From Bacilli bacterium (GTDB lineage: Bacteria; Bacillota_I; Bacilli_A; RF39; UBA660), in NCBI GenBank assembly GCA_017435465.1, contig JAFSEX010000005.1, positions 6,793 to 70,792 on the forward strand: a stretch of 64,000 nt of DNA, in the 5' to 3' direction. Of this stretch, positions 51,599-61,024 are shown piece after piece. The notes beneath the pieces are model-generated. The model searched no databases and was not told where the DNA came from. It saw only the letters and a list, made by a program, of their open reading frames with translations. Made by a program: the position numbers and the translations under genes. Within the stretch, counting starts at the first letter, position 1. Every line of letters begins with the position of its first letter.

Positions 51599-52051
51599 AT
51601 GAAAAAATGTAAGTATTGCATGAGTGAAATCGATGCAAAGGCAAAAATTTGTCCACATTGTGCAAAAAAACAAAACAAGATTCCTGTTGTAGGTAGAATA
51701 GTTATAGCTGTAATAGTTTTCTTTGTGTTAATTGGTTTATTTTCTGATAGTAATTCTGAAAATAACATACCAGAAGAAGAAAAATTCACTATATCTGATG
51801 TGAAAGCTTATTCCGATGATAGTGGTTTTGCGTATTACATAGAAGGTATAGTAAAAAACAACACAGATAAAGATTATAATTATATACAAATTACCTATAA
51901 TGTGTATGACAAAGATGACAATAATTTAGGAACATGTTTGGACAATAATAGCAATTTAAAATCAGGCGAAACATGGAAATTCAAAACAATGTGTAGTGGT
52001 AGTCCAGATGAAATTGTAAGATATGAATTAGATGAAATAACAAGTTACTAA
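51599..52051 (+). CDS. zinc-ribbon membrane protein with FxLYD-type extracellular domain
   Basis: CKYC...CPHC zinc ribbon, a TM helix, and ITYNVYDKDDNNLG (FxLYD-like). A terminator lies at 52052-52075. Confidence 0.55.
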   Translation: MKKCKYCMSEIDAKAKICPHCAKKQNKIPVVGRIVIAVIVFFVLIGLFSDSNSENNIPEEEKFTISDVKAYSDDSGFAYYIEGIVKNNTDKDYNYIQITYNVYDKDDNNLGTCLDNNSNLKSGETWKFKTMCSGSPDEIVRYELDEITSY

Positions 52052-52078
52052 GAGATGCGAAAGCATCTTTTTTCATAT

Positions 52079-52154
52079 CGCGAGATAGAGTAGAGGTAAA
52101 CTCGTCAGTGTCGTTAGCTGAAGAACGTGGGTTCGAATCCCGCTCTCGCAACCA
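52079..52154 (+). tRNA. phage-encoded tRNA, anticodon CGU (nominally Thr) with initiator-tRNA-like acceptor and D-stem features
   Basis: Hand-folded 76-nt cloverleaf: CGCGAGA-TA-GAGT-AGAGGTAA-ACTC-G-TCAGT-GTCGTTA-GCTGA-AGAAC-GTGGG-TTCGAAT-CCCGC-TCTCGCA-A-CCA. Confidence 0.75.
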
Positions 52155-52319
52155 ATATTGATAATTAATAATAAGGAGGGAACAACATAATGGAAAAATT
52201 AAAAGTTCTAGAAGAAAATGGAAAGAAAATAATCCAATTATTTGGCATTAAATATGAATTAATATTTGATGATAAAAAAATAAGCAAAGAAAGTAAAGAT
52301 AAAAAGTAGGTAGATAATT

Positions 52320-52730
52320 ATGGCAAATGAAGTTGGAAGACCAAGAAAATATAGTAATGTAGAAGAATTACAGTATATGATTGATGAATATTTTGAATGT
52401 TGTAATCAAAATCATAGACCATATACAATAACAGGATTAGCACTATGGTTGGATATGGATAGAAAAGGATTACTAAGATATGAAAAGGACTATGAAGATG
52501 AATTTTGCCACACAATAAAAAGAGCAAAAGAAAGAGTCCAAGAATATGTTGAATGTTGTTTGTTTAAAAAAGGTATAACAGCTGGAGTTATTTTTAATTT
52601 AAAAAACAACTTTGGCTGGGAAGATGCAGAAGTTGTAGAACATAAAGGCGCACAGCCAATAATAGATGTTTCTAAACTTACTGATGAACAAATACAAGAA
52701 ATGCTAAATAAATATGACAAAACAGAATGA
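52320..52730 (+). CDS. terS: terminase small subunit
   Basis: 136 aa with a GRPRKYSNVEELQ HTH-like N terminus. It lies immediately upstream of the large terminase and overlaps it. Confidence 0.7.
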   Translation: MANEVGRPRKYSNVEELQYMIDEYFECCNQNHRPYTITGLALWLDMDRKGLLRYEKDYEDEFCHTIKRAKERVQEYVECCLFKKGITAGVIFNLKNNFGWEDAEVVEHKGAQPIIDVSKLTDEQIQEMLNKYDKTE

Positions 52731-54078
52731 TTTAATATTAGCATTAAAATGTGAACAAGCTAGACGTTCTTTTTGGTGTTACTGTAAATTAAAAGCGCCA
52801 GATTTTTACAAGGAAAGTAGAACATATCTAAAACAGTTTTGTAATAATTTACAAGACTTTTTTTATGGAGATAAAAAGGTATTAGTAATTAATATGCCTC
52901 CAAGACATGGTAAGTCTAGAACATTAACATTGTTCGTTCAATGGATTTTAGGAAAATATTCAACACACAAAGTGATGACAGGTTCTTATAATGAAACATT
53001 ATCAACTACTTTTGCAAAACAAGTAAGAGATAGTATTCAAGAAGAGGATGGAATATTTAGTAAAGTTTTTCCTGATATTGAGATAAAATATGGGGAAGCA
53101 AGTATGTCTAAATGGGCATTAAAAGGTAGTGAAGAATCTAATTATCTAGCTACAAGTCCAACAGGTATAGCTACAGGTTTTGGATGTAACTTAATGATAA
53201 TAGATGATTTAATTAAGAATGCTTTAGAAGCGTATACTCAAACTGTTTTAGAAAAACATATTGAATGGTTTGATAATACTATGCTACAACGTACAGAAAA
53301 AGGTTTTAAAATAATAATAGTTATGACAAGATGGGCAGAAAATGATTTAGCGGGTTACATTTTGAGAGAATATGCAAATGATGTTATTCATGTTAATTAT
53401 AAAGCTGTACAGGAAGATGGTTCAATGTTGTGCGATGAGGTATTAAGCAAGGAAGATTATGAATTTAAAACACAAAAGATGAATGTGGATATAATATCTG
53501 CAAACTATCAACAAGAACCTATCGATGTAAAGGGTAGATTGTATCAAAATTTACAAGAATACGAAAGCTTACCCTCATTATATGAAATTAAATCTAAGTG
53601 TGATGTTGCAGATAGTGGGGATGACTATTTATCTAATATTGTTTATGCAGAAGATATAAGAAATAAAAAAGCATATATATTAGATGTTTTATTTACAAAT
53701 AAAGGTCAAGAAGAAACTGAAAATTTGCTAGCTGAACAATTAAAAAAGTGGAAAGTACAAAGAGCTTGGTTTGAGTCAAATAATGGTGGGAAAGCATTTG
53801 CAAGACTTGTTGAAAACAAAACAAGAAAATTAGGAAACATTACTACAGTTTTTTCATGGAACGCAAATACTAGCAATAAGGAAGCAAGAATATTAAGTAA
53901 TTCAACAATAGTTGAAAATAATATATATTTTCCATTAAATTGGAAAAATACATTTAAAGATTTTGCAGTTAATGTATTAGGATATTTAAGAGCAGGAAAA
54001 AACAAACATGATGATGGGCCTGATAATTTAACAATGATAGCAGAAGATTTAGATAAGGGTGAATTAGAATTCATTTAA
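52714..54078 (+). CDS. terL: terminase large subunit
   Basis: 454 aa with Walker A-like MPPRHGKS, Walker B LMIIDD, and C-terminal nuclease Asp residues (DVADSGDD...HDDGPD). Confidence 0.85.
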   Translation: MTKQNDLILALKCEQARRSFWCYCKLKAPDFYKESRTYLKQFCNNLQDFFYGDKKVLVINMPPRHGKSRTLTLFVQWILGKYSTHKVMTGSYNETLSTTFAKQVRDSIQEEDGIFSKVFPDIEIKYGEASMSKWALKGSEESNYLATSPTGIATGFGCNLMIIDDLIKNALEAYTQTVLEKHIEWFDNTMLQRTEKGFKIIIVMTRWAENDLAGYILREYANDVIHVNYKAVQEDGSMLCDEVLSKEDYEFKTQKMNVDIISANYQQEPIDVKGRLYQNLQEYESLPSLYEIKSKCDVADSGDDYLSNIVYAEDIRNKKAYILDVLFTNKGQEETENLLAEQLKKWKVQRAWFESNNGGKAFARLVENKTRKLGNITTVFSWNANTSNKEARILSNSTIVENNIYFPLNWKNTFKDFAVNVLGYLRAGKNKHDDGPDNLTMIAEDLDKGELEFI

Positions 54079-54089
54079 GAGGTGATAAA

Positions 54090-55412
54090 ACGAATTATTA
54101 TGTTGATGAAAATTTTGAACTTACTGATAAAATAATTGATGAAGTAATAAGAAAATATGAATCATTTAAAAGAAAATATAAAAAACTAGAAGATTATTAT
54201 GATGGAAAACACACTATATTAAAACGCAAAAAATCAGATGACAAATCTAATAATAAAGCAATTATAAATCATGCAAAATATATAACAGATATGGCAACTG
54301 GATTTTTTATATCAGAACCTGTTGACTATCAAGTTGAAAAAGCAATAAATTTGGAACCAGTATTAGATGTATATAAAATCCAAACGATAAATAAACTAGA
54401 CACTAGAATAGCAAAAAATTGTAGCAAAAAAGGAAGAACTTTTGAATATATATACTCAGATAAAAATGCTAATCCAAAGTCATGTGTTTTGGATAATGTA
54501 ATTATATTTAGAGATAATACAGTAGAACATAACAAATTATGCGCTATATCTTATGATTATGTATATGAAAATAACAAATTAGTACGTAACAAATATTCAT
54601 TAAAGAAAATAATGCCTGATGAGACTATTAATGGTACATTTTACAATGGAGTATTTAATGAAACAGATAGTGATTATACTTTTTTTGGCGAAGTTCCAAT
54701 TATTGAATATATAAACACAGAAGAAAAACAAGGTGATTATGAACCTGTAATAAGTTTGATTGATGCTTATAATTTGTTACAAAGTGATAGATTAAATGAT
54801 AAGGAACAGCTAGTTGATGCAATTCTTTGTGTTTATGGCATGAGTATGACTCCTGAACAAAAAGAATTACTTAAAGAAAAAAGAATGCTTGTAAATATTC
54901 CTCCTGATGCGAAAATAGAATATTTAACAAAAGCTCTTAATGAAGCAGATAATGATGTTCTAAGAGGAGTAATAGAACAAGACATACACAAAATTAGTAT
55001 GGTTCCAAATATGAGTGATGTCAATTTTGCAGGTAATTCTAGTGGTGTAGCTATTAAATTTAAATTATTAGCATTTTTATATTTAATAAAAAATAAAGAA
55101 AGATGTTTTGAAGAAGGATTATTAGATAGATTTAGAATGTATAATTATTTTTTAAATATTAAATCAAATATGCCAATAATACCTACACATGAAATAGATA
55201 TAGTATTTAAACATTCTTTACCAAGCAATGACTTAGAAATTGCACAAACAATCTCATATTTAGACGGTAAAGTTGATAATGAAACATTAATAAGTCAATT
55301 GTCGTTTATAAAAGACGCTAGTGAAATAACAGAAATCGTAAAAAAAGAAAAAGAATCGAATACGATGAAATACTTAGGCCAATTTGGTGATATAAATAAT
55401 CAAGATGAATAG
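54090..55412 (+). CDS. portal protein (SPP1 gp6-like), start reassigned to ACG 54090
   Basis: The frame is open from 54063. The region upstream of ATG 54291 encodes portal-like ...LEDYYDGKHTILKRKK...NNKAIINHAKYITDMATGFF. No ATG/GTG/TTG is in frame before 54291. AAGAGGTGATAAA precedes ACG. Confidence 0.75.
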   Translation, partial: TNYYVDENFELTDKIIDEVIRKYESFKRKYKKLEDYYDGKHTILKRKKSDDKSNNKAIINHAKYITDMATGFFISEPVDYQVEKAINLEPVLDVYKIQTINKLDTRIAKNCSKKGRTFEYIYSDKNANPKSCVLDNVIIFRDNTVEHNKLCAISYDYVYENNKLVRNKYSLKKIMPDETINGTFYNGVFNETDSDYTFFGEVPIIEYINTEEKQGDYEPVISLIDAYNLLQSDRLNDKEQLVDAILCVYGMSMTPEQKELLKEKRMLVNIPPDAKIEYLTKALNEADNDVLRGVIEQDIHKISMVPNMSDVNFAGNSSGVAIKFKLLAFLYLIKNKERCFEEGLLDRFRMYNYFLNIKSNMPIIPTHEIDIVFKHSLPSNDLEIAQTISYLDGKVDNETLISQLSFIKDASEITEIVKKEKESNTMKYLGQFGDINNQDE

Positions 55413-55420
55413 GTGATAAT

Positions 55421-56989
55421 ATGACCTATTGGGAAAAACGTGGATTACAACGACTTAAAGAGGTAGAAAAATCAAGTGAAGAAATAATTAAAAAGACAAT
55501 TTCAATATATAATAAGGCATTAGAGGATATTGATAAAGAAATTAAATATATATATGAAGTTTATTCCGAAAAAAGTGGATTAAATATGTTGGAATTAAAA
55601 AAAATAATGAATTCTAGTGAAACAGAAAAAATGATTATAGAATTCAATAAGTTAATTTCTAACATACCTGATTCTAAAGTGAAAAAACAATTGTTAGCTA
55701 GATATAGTGTAGAAGCATATAAATCTAGAATTAATAGATTAGAAGCTTTAAAAGAAAAGATATATCTAGAAACTAATTTAATTGCAACTAAAGAAGAATT
55801 AGTTAATTACAATCATTATTATGATACTGTTCAAAATAGCTATTTTAAAAACATATATGATACACAACTAAATACAGGATTAGCATTTAGTTTTTCACAG
55901 TTAAATCCAGTTAAAATAAACAGAATACTAAATGCAGACTGGCATGGAAGAAACTATTCAAAATCTATATGGAATAATACAGGACAATTAGCTGAAAATC
56001 TACAAGAAATTATAACTAGTAGCATTGCAAGTGGAAAAAGTTATCAAAAGATGGCTAATGAGGTTAAAAACTTGTTTGAGGTGGCAAATTATAAAGCAAT
56101 AAGATTAATTAGAACTGAATCAAATCACTTTCATAATTTAGCTAATTTATTAGCATATAAAGAGGAACAAATAGAAAAATATCAATTTGTCGCAACATTA
56201 GATAATAGAACATCAGAAATATGTGCAAAATTAGATGGAAAAATATTTAATTTATCTGAAGCCAAAGAAGGAGTCAATTACCCAAATATGCATGTTAATT
56301 GTCGTTCTATAACCATTGCAGTATTTGATAATGATTGTTATAATAAATTAAAAGAGAGAACAGCACGAGATGAAAATGGTAAATTAATAAAAGTACCTGG
56401 AAATACTACTTATAAAGAGTGGAGCAAACAATATGCCCCTGAAATATATATAAAATATTTCGAAAATTCTGGATTATCTTCAAATACAAAATATACTTTT
56501 GGAAAACACCCAAAACCTAAATTATTAGAAAATATAAATGTAAAAGATGAAAATATTATAAATAACATATTAGAAAAGTATGAAAATAAAATAAAAGATG
56601 ATAAAATAGAAAACGCAATAGTTGTTACAACAAAAGGAAATGTTTATCAATGTTTTGGTAATTCGACAAATGTATGGCCTGATATAGATTTAGGAGATGA
56701 ATTAATAGGAGCGATAGTTTCACATAATCACTCTAAAACAGAAACCAATTATAGTTTTAGTCAGGCAGATATAAACTTGTTTGAAAAATATAATTTAAAA
56801 AGACTTCGAGGAATTGATGAAAAATATCTTTATGAATTTGATAGAAGTAAAAAATGCAATATGAAGAGAATTACTATTAATGATGATATAGAAGACATAA
56901 CGTATGAACATATTAAATCAGTAGATTATTCAGTTAATAATAATATTTTGTATAGGAGAGAACAATGGACAGAATCTGGAAACGAATAA
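55421..56989 (+). CDS. MuF/SPP1 gp7-like head morphogenesis protein with ~170-aa extra C-terminal domain
   Basis: MuF core ATLDNRTSEICAKLDGKIF...NYPNMHVNCRS. The C-terminal region has SHNHSKTETNYSFSQAD. Confidence 0.75.
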   Translation: MTYWEKRGLQRLKEVEKSSEEIIKKTISIYNKALEDIDKEIKYIYEVYSEKSGLNMLELKKIMNSSETEKMIIEFNKLISNIPDSKVKKQLLARYSVEAYKSRINRLEALKEKIYLETNLIATKEELVNYNHYYDTVQNSYFKNIYDTQLNTGLAFSFSQLNPVKINRILNADWHGRNYSKSIWNNTGQLAENLQEIITSSIASGKSYQKMANEVKNLFEVANYKAIRLIRTESNHFHNLANLLAYKEEQIEKYQFVATLDNRTSEICAKLDGKIFNLSEAKEGVNYPNMHVNCRSITIAVFDNDCYNKLKERTARDENGKLIKVPGNTTYKEWSKQYAPEIYIKYFENSGLSSNTKYTFGKHPKPKLLENINVKDENIINNILEKYENKIKDDKIENAIVVTTKGNVYQCFGNSTNVWPDIDLGDELIGAIVSHNHSKTETNYSFSQADINLFEKYNLKRLRGIDEKYLYEFDRSKKCNMKRITINDDIEDITYEHIKSVDYSVNNNILYRREQWTESGNE

Positions 56990-57162
56990 ACAATGAATTT
57001 CAAAAAGAATTAAAAGAATTTATGGATTATCACAATGAAAAAACAAAAAATATGACAGAGGAAGAAGAAAATAGATATGTAAAAGAAAACGACTTGAATC
57101 GTAAAATAATTGAAATCCAAAATAAATATAAGAAAAAATACAAAGACACTCAAAAAAAATAG
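56965..57162 (+). CDS. small K/E-rich protein overlapping the end of the MuF gene
   Basis: SD AGGAGAG then ATG. 65 aa. Confidence 0.4.
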   Translation: MDRIWKRINNEFQKELKEFMDYHNEKTKNMTEEEENRYVKENDLNRKIIEIQNKYKKKYKDTQKK

Positions 57163-57377
57163 AGTGTTTTTATTATGCATCACTTTATAAGTGGTGTACT
57201 GATGATATAACCGACATTTAGAAATAAATGTGTCTGTGGACAGTAGGCGCCTATATATCATTGGTACAGTGCTTATAAATGGCACTTAAGAACATAGAAA
57301 TATGTTCTTTTTTGTATTCGAAAATGGCAATGGTCTGGGCTTATTAGAATGGACTGGGGCAAAGGAGGAATAGATAT

Positions 57378-57959
57378 ATGAATACTAAAAAAACAAAATT
57401 AATGGATTTGAATATCCAAAAGTTTGCTGAAGATCCAGCAACTCCACCTGCAAATGATGGTAATGGAAGTAAAAAAACTTTAATTGAACTATTAAAGGAC
57501 AATCCTGATTATCAAAGCGAATTTGATAAGTTAAATGCTAAATCAATAGAAACAGCATTAACAAAAGCTAAAGAACAAGCTGAAAAAGATAAAAAACAAG
57601 CAGAGGAATTAGCTAAATTGTCGGAAGCAGACAAACAAAAGAAAATTCTTGAAGACAAAGAAAAAGAATTGAAAGAAAGAGAAAATGATATTGCTTTAGG
57701 AAATATGAGATTAGAGGCAATAAAAATTCTCGATGAAAAAAATATTGATATTAATTTAGTTGATTTTGTTATTAAACCAAACGCAGATGAAACTAAAGAA
57801 AATATCGATAAGTTAGAGAAAGCATTTTCAACAGCAGTTGAGAAAGCAGTAATTGAACGTCTTAAAGGTAAAGCGCCTAAAGACAATAACAAAAATAGTA
57901 ATTCAAGTAACACAGCAGATTTTGTATCTGTTATAAAAGAAAATCAAACAAGAAAATAG
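57378..57959 (+). CDS. capsid scaffolding protein
   Basis: 193 aa, K/E-rich coiled coil, immediately upstream of the capsid gene. SD AAAGGAGGAA. Confidence 0.6.
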   Translation: MNTKKTKLMDLNIQKFAEDPATPPANDGNGSKKTLIELLKDNPDYQSEFDKLNAKSIETALTKAKEQAEKDKKQAEELAKLSEADKQKKILEDKEKELKERENDIALGNMRLEAIKILDEKNIDINLVDFVIKPNADETKENIDKLEKAFSTAVEKAVIERLKGKAPKDNNKNSNSSNTADFVSVIKENQTRK

Positions 57960-57972
57960 GAGAGTGATATAA

Positions 57973-58857
57973 ATGTATTTAAAAGATGAATTACAAGGTT
58001 TTGTTCCAACAGAACAAGCAAGTGAAATTATGAAAGATGTTGCTAGAGGTTCTAGCGTATTAAAATTATCAAAAGTTAGTGCTATGGAAAGTGATACAAA
58101 AAAAATTCCAGTTTTAGCAGAAGGTCCAGGTGCATACTGGGTTGGAGAAGGAGAAAGAATCCAAACTAGCAAAGCTACATGGATATTCCCAGAATTAAAA
58201 GCAAAAAAATTAGCAGTTATTATACCTGTAACAAAAGAAAAATTAGACGATACAACTATAAATGTATTCGAAGAATTAAAAGAACCAATTGCGGAAACAT
58301 TTTATAAAGCATTTGATTCTGCTGCAATATTTGGTACATCAAGTCCATTTGCAAAGAATATAATGAGTTCAATTGAAACAGCTAACAACAAAATTGAAAT
58401 TGAAACTAATGGAACTGGACATTTAGATTTAGACGTGTCTGATGCTATGGCTTTAGTAGAAGATAGTGGTTTAGATGTTAATGGATTCGTGGCTAAAAAT
58501 GGTATTAAAAATTCATTAAGAAAATTAAGAGATGGTAATGGTAATCAATTATATGTTGATGGTGTAAATAGTAAAGAATTTTACGCACAACCAATTGAAT
58601 TTTCAAGAAATGGAGCATGGGATAATACAAAAGCTGAAATTATTGGTGGAGATTTTGATAAATCATTAGTAGGTATTAGAGATGGAATAGAATATGAAAT
58701 CTTAAAAGAAGCAACATTACAAGGTACTGTTGATGCTGATGACAAACCAATTTCATTAGCTGAACAAGATATGATTGCAATTAAAGCTACAATGAGAATT
58801 GCTTATTTACCAATTAAAGATGAAGCATTCTGTGCTGTTGTTCCTAAAACTGTTTAA
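57973..58857 (+). CDS. major capsid protein
   Basis: 294 aa. Assigned from its position after the scaffold, its strong SD TAGGAGAG, and the downstream terminator after 59058. Confidence 0.65.
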   Translation: MYLKDELQGFVPTEQASEIMKDVARGSSVLKLSKVSAMESDTKKIPVLAEGPGAYWVGEGERIQTSKATWIFPELKAKKLAVIIPVTKEKLDDTTINVFEELKEPIAETFYKAFDSAAIFGTSSPFAKNIMSSIETANNKIEIETNGTGHLDLDVSDAMALVEDSGLDVNGFVAKNGIKNSLRKLRDGNGNQLYVDGVNSKEFYAQPIEFSRNGAWDNTKAEIIGGDFDKSLVGIRDGIEYEILKEATLQGTVDADDKPISLAEQDMIAIKATMRIAYLPIKDEAFCAVVPKTV

Positions 58858-58872
58858 TTACAGGAGTAAAAA

Positions 58873-59058
58873 GTGAATAAGTATATATTAAATAATAAAA
58901 TTATAAATGCTACTGAAAAAGCATTTAATTTAATTTATAAGGCACAGGGATTTACTCCATATAAAGGTAATAAAAATAATAAATCAGAAAATAACGTATT
59001 AGATGAGTCTAAAAACGTTAAAAAAATATCAAGTAAAAAAACGAAAGAGACGAAATAA
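58873..59058 (+). CDS. hypothetical small protein after the capsid gene
   Basis: GTG start behind SD CAGGAG. Followed by hairpin AGAGACGAA...TTCGTCTCT plus T-run (59045-59076). Confidence 0.35.
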   Translation: MNKYILNNKIINATEKAFNLIYKAQGFTPYKGNKNNKSENNVLDESKNVKKISSKKTKETK

Positions 59059-59094
59059 TTGAATTCGTCTCTTTTATATAATGAGGTGTGCATA

Positions 59095-59460
59095 ATGGAA
59101 ACAAAAGATAAAATCAAGAAATATTTAGAAGAAAAATTCTCTAAAGAAGTAAATGATATATATGATATAGATTATTTTATTGAAGAAACAATAGATAGAG
59201 CGCTTAATTATATGAATAGAGATAATATTCCAGAGAGGTTAGAAAGAATTATTACTAGAGCCGTAGTTGGTGTAATAAAATCATACAAAAATGAAATTTT
59301 GAATGATGAAATTCAACATGAAATCAAGAGCATAAGTGATAATGGCCAAACAATTTCTTATGGTGATGTAATTAATTTTATGAATAATAAAAAAGATGCC
59401 GAAATCTTTGATGGAATAATTATTCATTTAGATAAGTATAGACTAGGAGATATTGTTTGA
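59095..59460 (+). CDS. head-tail connector (gp6-like)
   Basis: Start ATG 59095 behind SD GAGGTG. Assigned from size and position in the connector module. Confidence 0.5.
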   Translation: METKDKIKKYLEEKFSKEVNDIYDIDYFIEETIDRALNYMNRDNIPERLERIITRAVVGVIKSYKNEILNDEIQHEIKSISDNGQTISYGDVINFMNNKKDAEIFDGIIIHLDKYRLGDIV

Positions 59461-59789
59461 AAATACCAAAATCGTTTAAGGAAATAACAAAAAAGATTTT
59501 CTATGATAAAGATATTAATTTATATCAAAAGATAACTTCTGAAGATTCTGAAGGTGGTTTTATAGAAACCTTAAGTGATGAATTTATTCCATTTAAAGGA
59601 AATTTGCAATTTTCAAATAAAGAAAAAATACAAAATGATTATGGTATATCAATAGATGCAGAAATTGTTATAACTAGTGATTTTAAATGTGAAGAAAATC
59701 AAATTATAGAATACCTAGATAACAAATATGAAATTATAAAAGTGATTCCACGTGATAGTCATTTTGTTATTTTTGCTAATTCAAAATGA
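59457..59789 (+). CDS. head closure / head-tail adaptor protein
   Basis: 110 aa. Overlapping start, with position-based assignment. Confidence 0.45.
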   Translation: MKIPKSFKEITKKIFYDKDINLYQKITSEDSEGGFIETLSDEFIPFKGNLQFSNKEKIQNDYGISIDAEIVITSDFKCEENQIIEYLDNKYEIIKVIPRDSHFVIFANSK

Positions 59790-60229
59790 GAAAAAATTTC
59801 AAGAAAATCTGTGATATTGATTTAAGCATTCCAATAAAAAAAGGAATTAGGAAAGTGCAAGACACTGCTAAAATATTAGTTGCTGTGGATTTAGGGGATT
59901 TAAGAAATTCAATAGACACAAAAATATCTAAAAATCAAAATGAAGTAATTGGTGAGGTATTTACTAATAATGACCATGCAGCATATATAGAATTTGGTAC
60001 AGGGCCTAAGGGAACAGGAACTTACCCATTTAAAATAAAGGGAATAACCTTAAAATATGTAAATTATAATTGGATTTATTTTAGTGAAAAATTAAAACAT
60101 TTTGTTTATACGAAAGGGCAAATTGCAAAACCTTATATGTATCCGGCATTAAAAACTAATAAAAAACAAATTATTAAATATATTGCAGATTATTATAAGC
60201 AAGAAATAAGAAAGTTGGGAATTAAATGA
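59786..60229 (+). CDS. HK97 gp10-family tail-head joining protein
   Basis: GDLRNSI...AAYIEFGTGPKG motif. Confidence 0.6.
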   Translation: MRKNFKKICDIDLSIPIKKGIRKVQDTAKILVAVDLGDLRNSIDTKISKNQNEVIGEVFTNNDHAAYIEFGTGPKGTGTYPFKIKGITLKYVNYNWIYFSEKLKHFVYTKGQIAKPYMYPALKTNKKQIIKYIADYYKQEIRKLGIK

Positions 60230-60555
60230 TAAAACCAAAAAAGAATTTAAAAGAAATACTTAAGGATTTAAATGCATCTCAAACGAAACCTAAAGAGATT
60301 AGTGAACTTCCAAAGATAACCTTTTCTCTGTTGGATGATGAAATAAATATTGATTTAGAAAAAAATGTATTATTTCAAGATGTAGCTTTTCAATTAGATT
60401 TTTGGGGTAAAACCTCTGTAGAAACGAGTGAGTTGTTAGAAACTACTACGCTATTGTTATTGGAAAATGACTACATTAGAACAATGTGTAAGGATTTGGA
60501 AGACCCTAGTGGATTTTATAGGTATGTAACAAGATTTGAAAAAAAGGAGGAATAA
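60226..60555 (+). CDS. tail completion protein (position-based)
   Basis: 109 aa. ATGA overlap with the upstream ORF. Confidence 0.4.
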   Translation: MIKPKKNLKEILKDLNASQTKPKEISELPKITFSLLDDEINIDLEKNVLFQDVAFQLDFWGKTSVETSELLETTTLLLLENDYIRTMCKDLEDPSGFYRYVTRFEKKEE

Positions 60556-60558
60556 CAA

Positions 60559-60975
60559 ATGCAAGCAATGGGAAGTACTTTGACAAAAATTAAAAGTGGT
60601 TCTGAATTAGAAGACACTAAAATTGCTAATTTAACTAAAATTGGCGAAGTAGGAGTTGAAAGAGAAGAACGTGATATAACAGACTTAGATAGTCCAGATG
60701 AATATAAAGAATTTGAACCAGGATTAAAAGATGCTGGTGAATGTGAAATTGAGGGTTATGTTAAGACTGAAGAGAATGTTAACAAATTGTTATCGTTAGC
60801 TGAAAGTGGTAGTGTAGAAAATTGGAAAATAACACTTAAAAGTGGTTCAACATGGGAGTTTAAAGCATGGTTAAAAAAATTCAAAACTGGTGAACTTACA
60901 ACTGATGGAAATGTTACATTCTCTGGTACTTTAAGAATTACTGGTAAACCTACATTTACAAAAGTAACATCATAG
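60559..60975 (+). CDS. major tail protein
   Basis: 138 aa with strong SD AAGGAGGAA, directly upstream of the chaperone pair. A terminator-like hairpin GGGGGATAAATTTAATCCCTC lies downstream. Confidence 0.55.
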   Translation: MQAMGSTLTKIKSGSELEDTKIANLTKIGEVGVEREERDITDLDSPDEYKEFEPGLKDAGECEIEGYVKTEENVNKLLSLAESGSVENWKITLKSGSTWEFKAWLKKFKTGELTTDGNVTFSGTLRITGKPTFTKVTS

Positions 60976-61024
60976 TATTAAGGGGGATAAATTTAATCCC
61001 TCTCTTTTTTATTATAAGGAGGAA

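Noticed and set aside
54063-54078. Portal made as a frameshift fusion with the large terminase, or started at ATT 54063/54069
   Set aside because: The ATT codons lie upstream of the SD, inside the terminase coding end. A TerL-portal fusion has no precedent that I know of, and there is no slippery site. ACG 54090 is the only near-cognate codon at proper SD spacing.
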